From the sequence record OR352941.1: a stretch of 64,000 bases of DNA. One strand, written 5' to 3'. Source of the DNA: Escherichia phage AV111. This document shows positions 17,258 to 26,675 of the stretch, piece by piece. A model generated the notes under the pieces. It did not search any database. It saw only the letters and a list, made by a program, of their open reading frames with translations, and was not told where the DNA came from. A program made the position numbers and the translations under genes. Within the stretch, counting starts at the first letter, position 1. Each line of letters starts with the position of its first letter.

Positions 17258-17430
17258 TATCCACATAGTACACCGTACAGAGGCTCATTTGAACTTTTAA
17301 ATCGAATGGGCTTGTACGTAATAGTTCCTTCGGCTTTAGCTTTATCATAAGACTCTTTAAAACGTCTCATTCTTTCTGCTTTGCCTTTACGGATTTTATC
17401 GAAATTTTCAGAAGTCGGGATGTTCGTCAT
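17257..17430 (-). CDS. small basic protein, 57 aa (not in ORF track)
   Basis: Own translation MTNIPTSENFDKIRKGKAERMRRFKESYDKAKAEGTITYKPIRFKSSNEPLYGVLCG; terminator directly downstream. Confidence 0.45.
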   Translation of the reverse strand: MTNIPTSENFDKIRKGKAERMRRFKESYDKAKAEGTITYKPIRFKSSNEPLYGVLCG

Positions 17431-17469
17431 GCATAAGCACCTCTCAGAAAATGCCTAAATCGATTTCTC

Positions 17470-17691
17470 TCATCGTTTCCACCATTTCTTAACTTGAAAT
17501 GAATCAACCCACACGAGTTGTTTTGGGTCTGCCTTTACAATAGGCGGACAAATTTCTGTAATAGAACCGTCGTGATATTCCTTTTCAGAAATTTTAACAC
17601 AAAGAGGACCACCCAATTTAACGGTGAACCCTGCGTTCAGCTTCAGACGTTTAAACTTTGTTTGAACTAGCGCCATTAATGATGTCCTCAA
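17470..17691 (-). CDS. hypothetical protein, 73 aa
   Basis: ORF track; overlaps next ORF, true start may be internal. Confidence 0.4.
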   Translation of the reverse strand: MRTSLMALVQTKFKRLKLNAGFTVKLGGPLCVKISEKEYHDGSITEICPPIVKADPKQLVWVDSFQVKKWWKR

Positions 17692-17974
17692 TAGCCTGTC
17701 GAGTAGTAACCCATTGGATTTTAATTAACTTGTCATTGTATGGTTGTCGTAGAATATCCCGAGATTTCTTAATAGCATATTCGTAAGCTTCGAAGTTGTT
17801 TTTAATTGCTGCTTCTTGAGCATGGGCATAAAGACGGTTTAGTTCAAAACGATTCTTTTTAAGAATCTTTTCGGATTTTTTACGTGCTTCAGCTTCATTT
17901 TTCTTTTGGATTTCTTGTAGCATTTTAGCTACTGCATCTTCTGCTTCTTTATTTTCAATAATCTCGGTAGTCAT
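17651..17974 (-). CDS. hypothetical protein, 107 aa, lysine-rich/coiled-coil
   Basis: ORF track; lies in the interval where T4 has alpha-gt, but is far too small to be a glucosyltransferase. Confidence 0.5.
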   Translation of the reverse strand: MTTEIIENKEAEDAVAKMLQEIQKKNEAEARKKSEKILKKNRFELNRLYAHAQEAAIKNNFEAYEYAIKKSRDILRQPYNDKLIKIQWVTTRQAIEDIINGASSNKV

Positions 17975-17975
17975 A

Positions 17976-18185
17976 TTATCTCATTAAATTAAAATAAAAA
18001 CGTCCATCCTCTTCAATACAGAACTCATATTCAACTGGAGTCCCGTTTATCGAAAATGACACGTCATGTGGGTTCAAAGGGTCGATGTCAAAATTAATTT
18101 TAAATTCACGACCCAACAGTTTTACCAAATAAGGGATTGCTTCGTCAAAAGGTTCTTCTAAGTAGTTAGAGATGTCAATTGTCAT
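17976..18185 (-). CDS. hypothetical protein (~70 aa; start moved to internal Met to avoid overlap with 55)
   Basis: ORF track 17976..18269 overlaps gp55 3' end; internal [13 protein letters not shown] start abuts gp55 stop. Confidence 0.4.
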   Translation of the reverse strand: MTIDISNYLEEPFDEAIPYLVKLLGREFKINFDIDPLNPHDVSFSINGTPVEYEFCIEEDGRFYFNLMR

Positions 18186-18750
18186 CCTCATATAAAAAAT
18201 CCAAACTAGGCGAATCGCTAACAACTTCCTTCTTTTCAGCCCCAGGAGCTTTATAAGCGGATTCTTCATAATGCGTCATTTTATCGTAGATGTCTTGAAT
18301 AAATGTTTCATCTACCAACGCTACCATATCATCGTCATGACTGTCGTAGACATTATGAACGAAGTAACTATATTTCTTTGCAACTTCCTTACGTTCTTTT
18401 TTGATACGTTGGACAAAAGCATTAAAACAAGCTCGAGTTATGTATGCATGTGGGTTATTGTACTTAGTTTCGTCGAAATTATGAAGTCCCTTAATAGAGG
18501 CTTCAATCCCATCTGCAATCATCTCCTGCTTCCAAGACTGGGTATATCCTGAAAAGTTGAAACGTTTGGACAGGCCTTCGGCGATAAGCATAATTGCTAA
18601 ACCGATGGTATCATTCTGACGAATAATTTTGTTTGGGTCTTTATTATTTAAGAGCTCCTTTTTCCACTCGATTATAGCGGCGAGAAGCTCTTTATTATTC
18701 ACATAGTTATTTTTAGGTTTTTGTTCAGTCATAAGTACCTCTTGGCTCAA
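18175..18750 (-). CDS. 55: late-transcription sigma factor gp55
   Basis: 191 aa; [23 protein letters not shown]...[35 protein letters not shown] matches T4 gp55. Confidence 0.93.
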   Translation of the reverse strand: MSQEVLMTEQKPKNNYVNNKELLAAIIEWKKELLNNKDPNKIIRQNDTIGLAIMLIAEGLSKRFNFSGYTQSWKQEMIADGIEASIKGLHNFDETKYNNPHAYITRACFNAFVQRIKKERKEVAKKYSYFVHNVYDSHDDDMVALVDETFIQDIYDKMTHYEESAYKAPGAEKKEVVSDSPSLDFLYEDDN

Positions 18751-18804
18751 TTCATAGGTCTATTATATCATAATATTTAGAGACCTATCTTAAAGCACGA
18801 GATA

Positions 18805-19074
18805 CTATCGGAGCAAACAATAAGCCTGAAACACTTTTTCCATTAAACGTTTGAACTCATGGATATCGATATAAAGCTCAGTAAGACCGGCATTATAAAG
18901 AAAATCTAAAAAGTTCTCATGTGTTTCGTTATAGACGCCTTCGTTTAATTGAGATACATGAGTTTCCCAAAAACCAACACCTTTAACGAATGGAAAATAC
19001 GTGACTTTCATGTATTCGTCAACATAAAATTCGCCCAGCTTTTCTTCAGTTATACTGATTCGAGTTAATTTCAT
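18805..19074 (-). CDS. hypothetical protein, 89 aa
   Basis: ORF track; early-gene cluster packing. Confidence 0.45.
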   Translation of the reverse strand: MKLTRISITEEKLGEFYVDEYMKVTYFPFVKGVGFWETHVSQLNEGVYNETHENFLDFLYNAGLTELYIDIHEFKRLMEKVFQAYCLLR

Positions 19075-19298
19075 TCTAGTTCCTTTGCTGCTTCAAGAGC
19101 AACATCCAGCGAATCAAATTGGTCAACGAAATCAATATTCAACGCATCGTCAACCGTAGCATATAACCACCATTGTTTGAATTCGTATTCTAGAATAAAT
19201 CCAGGACCTTCAATCTGAGGAAGACCTAGACTATTTGTACCAACTTCGTAACCAGCTAGACGCAGGTCATTAATCAAAGTTTCTGTTAATACGCTCAT
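19071..19298 (-). CDS. hypothetical protein, 75 aa
   Basis: ORF track; 4-nt overlaps with neighbours. Confidence 0.45.
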   Translation of the reverse strand: MSVLTETLINDLRLAGYEVGTNSLGLPQIEGPGFILEYEFKQWWLYATVDDALNIDFVDQFDSLDVALEAAKELE

Positions 19299-19627
19299 TT
19301 TACCGCCTTAACAATTTTAAGGTCAACGAATTTTTTCTTACGTTGATTTTTCATACGACGGATAGTCTTTTCAGAGATTTCATGTTTCTGATAAGCTTTA
19401 GATTCAACACCAAATGCAGCAACGTCAAATTCAGAAAGAATATATTGTACTAGAATTTCACGAATAGAATTACGTCCAATTTTCTGGTCGTGTTTTTGCA
19501 TGATTTCATAAAGACGGAATTCCCACGCATCAAGAACTTGAGGAGTAACAATATTGCCAGATTCCAGAAGAGCAACAACTTTATCGAAAGCGAAAGAATT
19601 AACTACGTTTTTGATTTTAGTAGACAT
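19295..19627 (-). CDS. hypothetical protein (~110 aa; start at internal MSTKIKNV with GAGGAAAA RBS)
   Basis: ORF track 19295..19675; listed start lies inside the upstream promoter element, internal Met has a good SD. Confidence 0.45.
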   Translation of the reverse strand: MSTKIKNVVNSFAFDKVVALLESGNIVTPQVLDAWEFRLYEIMQKHDQKIGRNSIREILVQYILSEFDVAAFGVESKAYQKHEISEKTIRRMKNQRKKKFVDLKIVKAVK

Positions 19628-19665
19628 ATTATTTTCCTCGGTTATTTTATTATCCAACGAGAGAA

Positions 19666-19694
19666 TTATACTCATCTCTCAAGAGTTTGTATAC
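19666..19694 (-). promoter_or_regulatory. early sigma70-like promoter (-35 TATACA / -10 TATAAT) inside an inverted repeat
   Basis: rc reads TATACAAACTCTTGAGAGATGAGTATAAT; near-identical copy at 49883..49910. Confidence 0.55.
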
Positions 19695-19933
19695 TATTTT
19701 TTAAGCATGAAAAGTAAGTAATTTGTATCACGTGGAGTAATATCAACACCCATATCAAAGATGCCTTTATAGATTGGGTATTTGTTTTCGGTTGTATCGA
19801 AGCTGAAACTATTTCCATCACAACTAACAGTAATAGCATCTGTTAAAATGTCATACTCAATCCTAACAATTGAATCCCCAATTTTAACGTCGAGGTGTTT
19901 TTTGAATTTGATAAAATCTAATTCTTGGGCCAT
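19694..19933 (-). CDS. hypothetical protein, 79 aa
   Basis: ORF track. Confidence 0.45.
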   Translation of the reverse strand: MAQELDFIKFKKHLDVKIGDSIVRIEYDILTDAITVSCDGNSFSFDTTENKYPIYKGIFDMGVDITPRDTNYLLFMLKK

Positions 19934-19996
19934 GATATTTTCCTCATTTTAAGACGATAGGAAGATAATAACATGTCTTCCTATCATTGTACATTA

Positions 19997-20197
19997 TTAA
20001 CCGAACTTTTTAGCGCCTTTCCAGCCTTCGTACATAACTGCACAAGTCAGTAGTACAGCTTGCTGGCATTCTTTGTATTTGTAAATCCAGAACCAGCGTA
20101 AGAAGTCTTCATCCTCAACGCCGTTGAGTTTCATATTGGCAAAGAATTCGGCACGTTCTTCACGAAGCTTTTGCGATAACATAGATTCAGGATTCAT
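19997..20197 (-). CDS. hypothetical protein, 66 aa
   Basis: ORF track. Confidence 0.4.
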   Translation of the reverse strand: MNPESMLSQKLREERAEFFANMKLNGVEDEDFLRWFWIYKYKECQQAVLLTCAVMYEGWKGAKKFG

Positions 20198-20331
20198 TTT
20201 GTGTTCCAGGCCCCATTTTCATCGATGAACTTAATCCAGTCATTTACAGACCATTTAGTTGTATCACCCTTTGGATTAACATTTAAAGTATATAATCCCT
20301 GCTTAAAAAGCATTCGTTTGATATTCATAAT
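20194..20331 (-). CDS. hypothetical protein (~45 aa from internal MNIKRMLF start with GAGGAAA RBS)
   Basis: ORF track 20194..20421 overlaps upstream ORF; internal Met abuts it. Confidence 0.35.
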   Translation of the reverse strand: MMNIKRMLFKQGLYTLNVNPKGDTTKWSVNDWIKFIDENGAWNTK

Positions 20332-20335
20332 TTCC

Positions 20336-20656
20336 TCAACTGTAACGATAACATTCGTTAGCTTTACGTTTGGCTTCAGTATGAGAAGTATTATAATCAT
20401 ACTCTTCTTTACTGTAAACATCTTTTTTCAACTTATGAACTTCTTTGCGGAGTTGTCGATTCATTTCATTCTTGACTTCAGAATCAACGCCTTTCATACG
20501 TTTCCATTTATCTGAGCGGAAAATGTTTTCAACCATGTCTTTGTGGCTAACACCGTCAGGAGCTTTACGCTTACCAAAATAGTCATAATCGCGAACTTTC
20601 AAATCTTTACGACGATACGTTTTACCCATAAGTACCTCAGAGGTTGATTGATACAA
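20336..20656 (-). CDS. hypothetical basic protein, 106 aa
   Basis: ORF track. Confidence 0.45.
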   Translation of the reverse strand: MYQSTSEVLMGKTYRRKDLKVRDYDYFGKRKAPDGVSHKDMVENIFRSDKWKRMKGVDSEVKNEMNRQLRKEVHKLKKDVYSKEEYDYNTSHTEAKRKANECYRYS

Positions 20657-20885
20657 CGCGTTTGATAAAATTCACTTCACTTACTGAAAGGTCTTTAAGA
20701 CCGATTGATTCTAAACGCTGAGTAAGCGTCAACATCGGGATATAATCCCAATGAGTTTTAGTTGCTTGATAAGTACGAACTCCATTAGCAATTTCAACGT
20801 TCAAATCGGAAATGGTAATGAATATCGGACGTTCGTTATTTACATTAAGAGATAGAACAACTTTCTTTGAATCTAAACTAATCAT
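20637..20885 (-). CDS. hypothetical protein, 82 aa
   Basis: ORF track. Confidence 0.4.
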   Translation of the reverse strand: MISLDSKKVVLSLNVNNERPIFITISDLNVEIANGVRTYQATKTHWDYIPMLTLTQRLESIGLKDLSVSEVNFIKRVVSINL

Positions 20886-21064
20886 GGCTTAATTTCCTTC
20901 GCAATTGAACAGAAGATACCACGGTCACAAAGCATTTCACCAATTTCTGGATATTTGATTGAACGGTACCAAACATCCAGGCTTGAAACTCTGGTTATCT
21001 GTACGGCATTACCATTGACAGAATAGTACTGGTCAACCTTAATTTCTTTATCTTCAATTGTCAT
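20882..21064 (-). CDS. hypothetical protein (~60 aa from internal MTIEDKEIKV start with GAGGAAAA RBS)
   Basis: ORF track 20882..21226; upstream part lacks coding character, internal Met has SD. Confidence 0.4.
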   Translation of the reverse strand: MTIEDKEIKVDQYYSVNGNAVQITRVSSLDVWYRSIKYPEIGEMLCDRGIFCSIAKEIKP

Positions 21065-21230
21065 TTTATTTTCCTCTATAGCAGATGGTTTAATCTTAAC
21101 ACATCTATTGAGGATGTAAACTGTTTTATGAAAATATTTTTTGATTTGAGAGGGGCACAAGGAGATAGTGAAGTGAAGATTCCAATGGATTATATTAGAA
21201 ATGAGATAAAGAAGACCAGGCGGCACCTGG

Positions 21231-21554
21231 TCAATCTTCTATGATATCAGAGTCATATCCTAATGAAATCAAGGACTTTTTAAACTCTGCAATATTCTTT
21301 TGTTTCTTATCATTTAAAAATATGACAGGATAACGAATATTAAGTGAAGTGAATCCTGCACGTTTAGCAAGAGATACGATTAAAGGACGGTCATATTCAA
21401 TCTTACCATTATTAGTGAGGACTTTATAAAATGTATAAGGAGCATTGAGCTCCTTTAAAAGTTTTGTAACAGTATAACATCCTGGACAACGTCCAACTTC
21501 TTCAGGGATGCCATAAATTTCAATCTTGTTCTTTAAGTTCGAGTTTTGTTCCAC
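21231..21554 (-). CDS. nrdH: NrdH-like glutaredoxin (CPGC redox motif); probable GTG start
   Basis: KIEIYGIPEEVGRCPGCYTV...; ATG-initiated ORF would overlap upstream gene by 160 nt, whereas in-frame GTG at 21552-21554 is preceded by AAGGA. Confidence 0.6.
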   Translation of the reverse strand: MEQNSNLKNKIEIYGIPEEVGRCPGCYTVTKLLKELNAPYTFYKVLTNNGKIEYDRPLIVSLAKRAGFTSLNIRYPVIFLNDKKQKNIAEFKKSLISLGYDSDIIED

Positions 21555-21837
21555 GAGAAATAATTCCTTGGTAAGCCCAATAAGGAGGATTAACAGAATC
21601 CTCACCAGAGTTTTCTTCAGGAAAATAAACCTGGATAACGAAGCCGGATTCATCAAAGGTAAAATAAACCGTAGGCAGTTCACCTAACAAATCGGCACGA
21701 GCGTTGATTTCTTCGAGGTCTTGTTCACGTCCAGCCCAGAAGCTTGGGTTCAGACTACATTCATAGAAATAATAGTCATTACCGAACATATCAAAACCAT
21801 TCCAACTCTCTACTACATACCGCTCAAAACTAATCAT
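21520..21837 (-). CDS. hypothetical protein, 105 aa
   Basis: ORF track. Confidence 0.5.
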   Translation of the reverse strand: MISFERYVVESWNGFDMFGNDYYFYECSLNPSFWAGREQDLEEINARADLLGELPTVYFTFDESGFVIQVYFPEENSGEDSVNPPYWAYQGIISRGTKLELKEQD

Positions 21838-21839
21838 AA

Positions 21840-22055
21840 TTAAGCCTTTTTATCAAGAACAGAATTCAGTTTATTAGTAATTTTGTCCAAACGTTCATTG
21901 AATTCGCTGGAGGATAAACCCTTTTCTGGAGAAATTAAACTAATCACGAAAAATACACCAGTAAAAGGAATAAGAAAAATAGCTCCAACTGCCATAAACA
22001 AAAAGAACGTTACAGTTGTAAGAAAATCAGCTAAACCTTTACGAAATTTGTACAT
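21840..22055 (-). CDS. small membrane protein, 71 aa
   Basis: ORF track; hydrophobic core TVTFFLFMAVGAIFLIPFTGVFFVISLI. Confidence 0.5.
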   Translation of the reverse strand: MYKFRKGLADFLTTVTFFLFMAVGAIFLIPFTGVFFVISLISPEKGLSSSEFNERLDKITNKLNSVLDKKA

Positions 22056-22165
22056 ATTTACCCTTAATTAACTAAGCATTGATAATCATTAAACTATATT
22101 GCGAATAAAATTCTGGACCAAAACGAAAAATCATATCATTTATAGTATCCATAATGTAATTCAAT

Positions 22166-22636
22166 TTAATCATGTTTCCACACCCCATCGGTATTTGACC
22201 AAAGTCGCTGATTATCTGATCCTCGCCACAGCTTTTTAGTCGGAAGATTTTTCTCATACTTCCCATCAATAATAACATCAACATATTTAAGCATTTCTAG
22301 TTGTTTAATATCTTCAAACTTATATCCTGTCCACAACCAAATGCTTTTATTGGGATAAAGATTTTTTACTGTTTGAACAATGCAATGAATAACATCTCGA
22401 TTATCAGGATAGAGAGGGTCTCCTCCGGTTATAGTCAATCCTTCTATATAATCGTTATTCAAACATTCAATTAATTGTTCTAGTGTTTCACCAGTGAATG
22501 GAATACCATTTCTAGCATTCCATGTTGATTTATTATAGCACCCTTCACATTTATGCAAACAACCTGTAACGAAAAGAACGACCCTGCATCCAGGGCCATT
22601 CACAAAATCGCAAGGATAAAATCTATCATAATTCAT
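22166..22636 (-). CDS. nrdG: anaerobic ribonucleotide reductase activating protein (radical SAM)
   Basis: 156 aa; CDFVNGPGCRVVLFVTGCLHKCEGCYN. Confidence 0.92.
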   Translation of the reverse strand: MNYDRFYPCDFVNGPGCRVVLFVTGCLHKCEGCYNKSTWNARNGIPFTGETLEQLIECLNNDYIEGLTITGGDPLYPDNRDVIHCIVQTVKNLYPNKSIWLWTGYKFEDIKQLEMLKYVDVIIDGKYEKNLPTKKLWRGSDNQRLWSNTDGVWKHD

Positions 22637-24450
22637 TGGTGTTTAACCCTATGCATGATTTCTTTATTTTTGCCGAGATTAAATCCGCGTTCGTTCGGGT
22701 TTCCCAAATAACCGCATGTTCTTCTTATGGTGTTCATCTTTTTAGGATCAGTTTCTCCGCAAACTGAACAAACAAATCCGTTTTCAGTAGGAGTCATTTC
22801 ATGGGTACTTCCACATGTAAAACATTTATCTACTGGCATATTAACACCAAAATAATCTAAATGTTGTGCAGCATAATCCCACACGGCCTCAAGTCCTTTT
22901 AAGTTATTTTTCATATCAGGAAGTTCAACATAAGAAATGTGACCACCTGTCGCAATGAAATGATATGGCGCTTCACGAGAAATCTTTTCAAACGGAGTAA
23001 TATTTTCTTCTACTGAAACGTGGAAACTGTTAGTGTACCAGCCTTTATCGGTAACATCTTTTACACTTCCATATTTTTCTGTATCGAGTTTACAGAAGCG
23101 ATAACAAAGGTTTTCAGCAGGAGTAGAATACAAACTAAAAGCAAAACCAGTTCTTTCAGTCCACTGCTTAAGATGAGCATTCATTTTAGTTAAAATTTCT
23201 TGCCCAATATCACGGCCGACAAGAATATTCAATTCGTGAATACCAATGTATCCTAAAGACACTGAACTTCTACCGTTTTTAAATAACTCAATTATGTCGT
23301 CATCAGGTTTAAGACGAACCCCGAATGCACCTTCTTGGTAAAGAATAGGAGCTACAGTTGCTTTAACTCCTTTTAAGGAACTAATTCTACACATCAAAGC
23401 TTCAAAACACAGGTCCATTCGTTCGTTAAATAGCTCAACAAATTTCTGTTCATTGAACTGTGTTCCAATATAAGAATCTAACGCAATACGAGGAAGATTC
23501 AGTGTTACAACACCAAGATTATTACGTCCATCAAGAATTTCATTACCAGTCGAATCTTTCCATACGCTCAAGAAACTACGGCAACCCATTGGAGAAACTG
23601 GAACTGAAGAACCGGTAATAGCTTTATTATTCTTAACCGAAATAATGTCAGGATACATTCTTTTGCTTGCACATTCTAACGCAAGTTGTTTAATATCATA
23701 GTTTGGATCATCTTTATAAAGATTAACACCTTCTTCAACAAACATAACAAGTTTAGGAAAAATAGGAGTTATTCCATCACGACCAAGACCTTTAATGCGG
23801 TTTTTAAGAATTGCCTTCTGAATCATTCGTTCAGTCCAATCGGTTCCCGTACCAAATGTAATTGTTACAAAAGGAGTTTGTCCGTTTGAACTAAAGAGAG
23901 TGTTTACTTCATATTCATAAGCTTGGAATGCATCGTATACGTCTTTTTCTGTTTTAGATTGAGCATAATTCAACGCGTCAGCGATTTGCCATTTTTCTGC
24001 ATCTTCAACATGTTTAGCGTATGTACGTTTAACATAAGGAGAAAGAACTTTATCGACATTCGCAAAAGTCGTTCCGCCGTATTGGTGTGAAGCAACTTGT
24101 GCAGTAATTTGTGCCATAATTGCAGTAGCAACACCAATCGATTTAGGCGTTTCAATTTGAGCATTGCCTAATTTAAATCCGTTCTCAAGCATCCCTTTTA
24201 AATCTACTAAACAACAATTAGTAAAAGGCAATGATATACTGTAATCTAAATCATGAAAATGAATTAACCCGGCATTATGAGCATTTACAATATGGCTTGG
24301 AAGAATACTGCAAGCGATATGTTTAGAAACAATACCGGCCATTAAATCTCTTTTTGTTGGAAAGACACGAGAATCTTTGTTGGCGTTTTCGGTATTTAAT
24401 TCTTTATCTTTATTTGAAATAAAATTTAAAACATCTTTCTCTAAAGACAT
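22633..24450 (-). CDS. nrdD: anaerobic ribonucleotide reductase large subunit (glycyl radical enzyme), uninterrupted (no intron)
   Basis: 605 aa continuous ORF; C-terminal CFTCGSTHE...CSVCG zinc site and RRTCGYLG glycyl-radical motif. Confidence 0.95.
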   Translation of the reverse strand: MSLEKDVLNFISNKDKELNTENANKDSRVFPTKRDLMAGIVSKHIACSILPSHIVNAHNAGLIHFHDLDYSISLPFTNCCLVDLKGMLENGFKLGNAQIETPKSIGVATAIMAQITAQVASHQYGGTTFANVDKVLSPYVKRTYAKHVEDAEKWQIADALNYAQSKTEKDVYDAFQAYEYEVNTLFSSNGQTPFVTITFGTGTDWTERMIQKAILKNRIKGLGRDGITPIFPKLVMFVEEGVNLYKDDPNYDIKQLALECASKRMYPDIISVKNNKAITGSSVPVSPMGCRSFLSVWKDSTGNEILDGRNNLGVVTLNLPRIALDSYIGTQFNEQKFVELFNERMDLCFEALMCRISSLKGVKATVAPILYQEGAFGVRLKPDDDIIELFKNGRSSVSLGYIGIHELNILVGRDIGQEILTKMNAHLKQWTERTGFAFSLYSTPAENLCYRFCKLDTEKYGSVKDVTDKGWYTNSFHVSVEENITPFEKISREAPYHFIATGGHISYVELPDMKNNLKGLEAVWDYAAQHLDYFGVNMPVDKCFTCGSTHEMTPTENGFVCSVCGETDPKKMNTIRRTCGYLGNPNERGFNLGKNKEIMHRVKHQ

Positions 24451-25262
24451 AATTCTAATTTATCCTTTTGAAATTCTTCGTCTAAATATGGGTTCCAACC
24501 CATTTTAAACCTTTTGATGAAATTATCAATTCTAAATTTCGGTAAGTTTAAATCCGCAAAAATAGATGATTTACTTTTAAAATCTGGACCTAAATAATCA
24601 TATAAAATTTCTGCGTATTTTAACCATAATATATAAGTACCAGATTTAATTGCTCTCGGAGTTTTCCAAGGTTTTACACCATACATCGGATTTCCACTTC
24701 CTTTATGCCTGATAGAAGATGAAATTCCAATTTTAATTTTAGCTTCCTCTGTATGCGAAAATCCATGATGTGGATTTTCTTTCCAGTATTTTTTAGAAGC
24801 TTCTGATATTTTCTTTCTGGCTAAATTAGTATGATGCTTTCCATAAAATCCATGATTTTTACCTTTATTACGATTTCTTTTAATCATGGTTATTGATTGC
24901 TTTTTTCTAGTTTCTTTAGAAGGAGAAACACCATACGTTGTAAATTGACCATTAGCATATGCTAAATTAAAATACTCTTTATTCCATATATCTTTTTCTA
25001 TATTCTTTTGAAATTCAGCTTCAATGCTAGTTATTTGCTCATCTCCGACTAATTGAAAATATAATATTTCAACTTTCGGCGTTTCTTTCAACAGGGCTTT
25101 TTGAAATTCGGAAGATGACGAAGACGAATAATAAAATTTACCATTTTTATCAATAATATTCGTTCCGTCAAAAGTGCAATTAGTTTTACTTCCAATGTAA
25201 TAATATGGCGGGGTTTTAGCATTAATTCTATTAATAAATGATAGTTTATATACTACATTCAT
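24441..25262 (-). CDS. GIY-YIG homing endonuclease-like protein (Seg-like), free-standing between 49 and nrdD
   Basis: N-terminus VVYKLSFINRINAKTPPYYYIGSK; NUMOD3-like ISEASKKYWKENPHHGFSHTEEAKIKIG; overlaps nrdD start by 10 nt and 49 stop by 4 nt. Confidence 0.75.
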   Translation of the reverse strand: MNVVYKLSFINRINAKTPPYYYIGSKTNCTFDGTNIIDKNGKFYYSSSSSSEFQKALLKETPKVEILYFQLVGDEQITSIEAEFQKNIEKDIWNKEYFNLAYANGQFTTYGVSPSKETRKKQSITMIKRNRNKGKNHGFYGKHHTNLARKKISEASKKYWKENPHHGFSHTEEAKIKIGISSSIRHKGSGNPMYGVKPWKTPRAIKSGTYILWLKYAEILYDYLGPDFKSKSSIFADLNLPKFRIDNFIKRFKMGWNPYLDEEFQKDKLELCL

Positions 25263-25732
25263 TTTAAACTCTTTCTAAGCTGCTTTTTGAATGAAGCTAT
25301 TAATTGTGTTTTAGTATCAGATTCATTATATTCAAATCCTCTTTGAAGCATCTCAGCCATCATTTCCTCTTTGCCTAGTCTTGAGAACTCTTTAGTTTTG
25401 TCTGGAACAAAATTAGGATGGATATTATTATCAGAATAATCTTGTTTCAAATAAGCAAGAAGAGCTTCAAGCCATTCGAGGTAGTCAACATCACGTCCTT
25501 TAAGACCGGAACGATTGAACTTATGCTTCATTTGGCCTTCTGCTGCGTTGCACAGAGAACAGAGTAACCCACGAACTCTACCGGCTTTTGGCCCGTTTAA
25601 TTCGTGGTCGTGGTCAAGATGGTTACCTTGAACATCAGGGTCTAATTCACGGTGGCAAATAGGACACTTACCATTCTGTGCATCATAAAATTTTTGTTTT
25701 TCTTCTTTGTATAATTTGCCAGATAATAACAT
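25259..25732 (-). CDS. 49: endonuclease VII (Holliday junction resolvase) gp49
   Basis: 157 aa; CPICHRELDPDVQGNHLDHDHELNGPKAGRVRGLLCSLCNAAEG matches T4 gp49. Confidence 0.93.
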   Translation of the reverse strand: MLLSGKLYKEEKQKFYDAQNGKCPICHRELDPDVQGNHLDHDHELNGPKAGRVRGLLCSLCNAAEGQMKHKFNRSGLKGRDVDYLEWLEALLAYLKQDYSDNNIHPNFVPDKTKEFSRLGKEEMMAEMLQRGFEYNESDTKTQLIASFKKQLRKSLK

Positions 25733-25762
25733 AATAAACCCTTACCATATATAAGATAAGGG

Positions 25763-25770
25763 TATTTATA
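25763..25770 (-). promoter_or_regulatory. T4-type late promoter TATAAATA upstream of gene 49
   Basis: rc of tatttata at 25763-25770 gives TATAAATA about 30 nt upstream of the gene 49 start codon. Confidence 0.55.
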
Positions 25771-25961
25771 ATTTAGTAAACGTTATAAAAGTCTCGATGA
25801 AAACGTTTATACTGTCGAATCATTCTTTTAGTAGGACGTGTTACCGAAATGATTGAAGTCCTCATGTTCGGATTGTTTGGAGCCCCAATCATAATAAATT
25901 TCCAGGATTTTTGGCCGTTTGTTCTTTCGCCATAAAATAGTTCAGTTTTCATAATAAACCT

Positions 25962-26513
25962 TTAACTTAAACGTCTTTCTAAATATTCAATGTATTCCGC
26001 TGCGGCTTGCATCAGATTACCTTCATAACCGTCATTATTTTCTTGGGCGGCTAATTTAGCTAAAGCATAAGAAATACGTTCACCTTCGAATTCGCCAAGT
26101 CCACCATCACAAACTACTTGGTCAATTTCTTCGAGTTCATCTATTGAATGGGATTCCCAGAAGCACCAAAGAGAAGTATCACGGTCATAGATGCAAAGTT
26201 TCTCACCTGTGTTCAACATCACTTCAATAATGCCATGGTCGCCATAACCATCTTCGGTAGTAGTGCCAATTACCTTGATGATTGTTCCTTTCTTTAATTC
26301 AGGAAACTTATCTTGGAGTTCTTCGTCATCTTTAACAATCTTGAACCACTTACCACGTGTGTCAGAAATATTCATATCAATATCCTCTATAAAAGTTGCG
26401 ATGCGTGCGTTTCGCTTTGCGAAGCTGACGTTTAGTTGGTCGAACCGTAAATGGTCGTCCGGAGAAAAAATTCGGATCGGTTTTAATAAGCAAATACCAA
26501 TCATGCTTGCCAT
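25962..26513 (-). CDS. hypothetical protein, up to 183 aa (pin/49.x region)
   Basis: ORF track; true start may be an internal Met. Confidence 0.45.
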   Translation of the reverse strand: MASMIGICLLKPIRIFSPDDHLRFDQLNVSFAKRNARIATFIEDIDMNISDTRGKWFKIVKDDEELQDKFPELKKGTIIKVIGTTTEDGYGDHGIIEVMLNTGEKLCIYDRDTSLWCFWESHSIDELEEIDQVVCDGGLGEFEGERISYALAKLAAQENNDGYEGNLMQAAAEYIEYLERRLS

Positions 26514-26675
26514 TTTTTAATAAACGGTACAATAATTTAACTTGCATAATAATCTCTTCCCATCTCCATATCAATTAATTCATTTATTGAAGGTTCATCA
26601 TAACACGTTTCTTCGTCGTTGTAAACTGTTTCGACGTCTGGCTCGACTGTCTCCCATCGAGCCGAATACCATGGC

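Noticed and set aside
22633-24450. Group I intron in nrdD (as in T4)
   Set aside because: The ORF is continuous over 605 codons with no interruption; no intron is present here.
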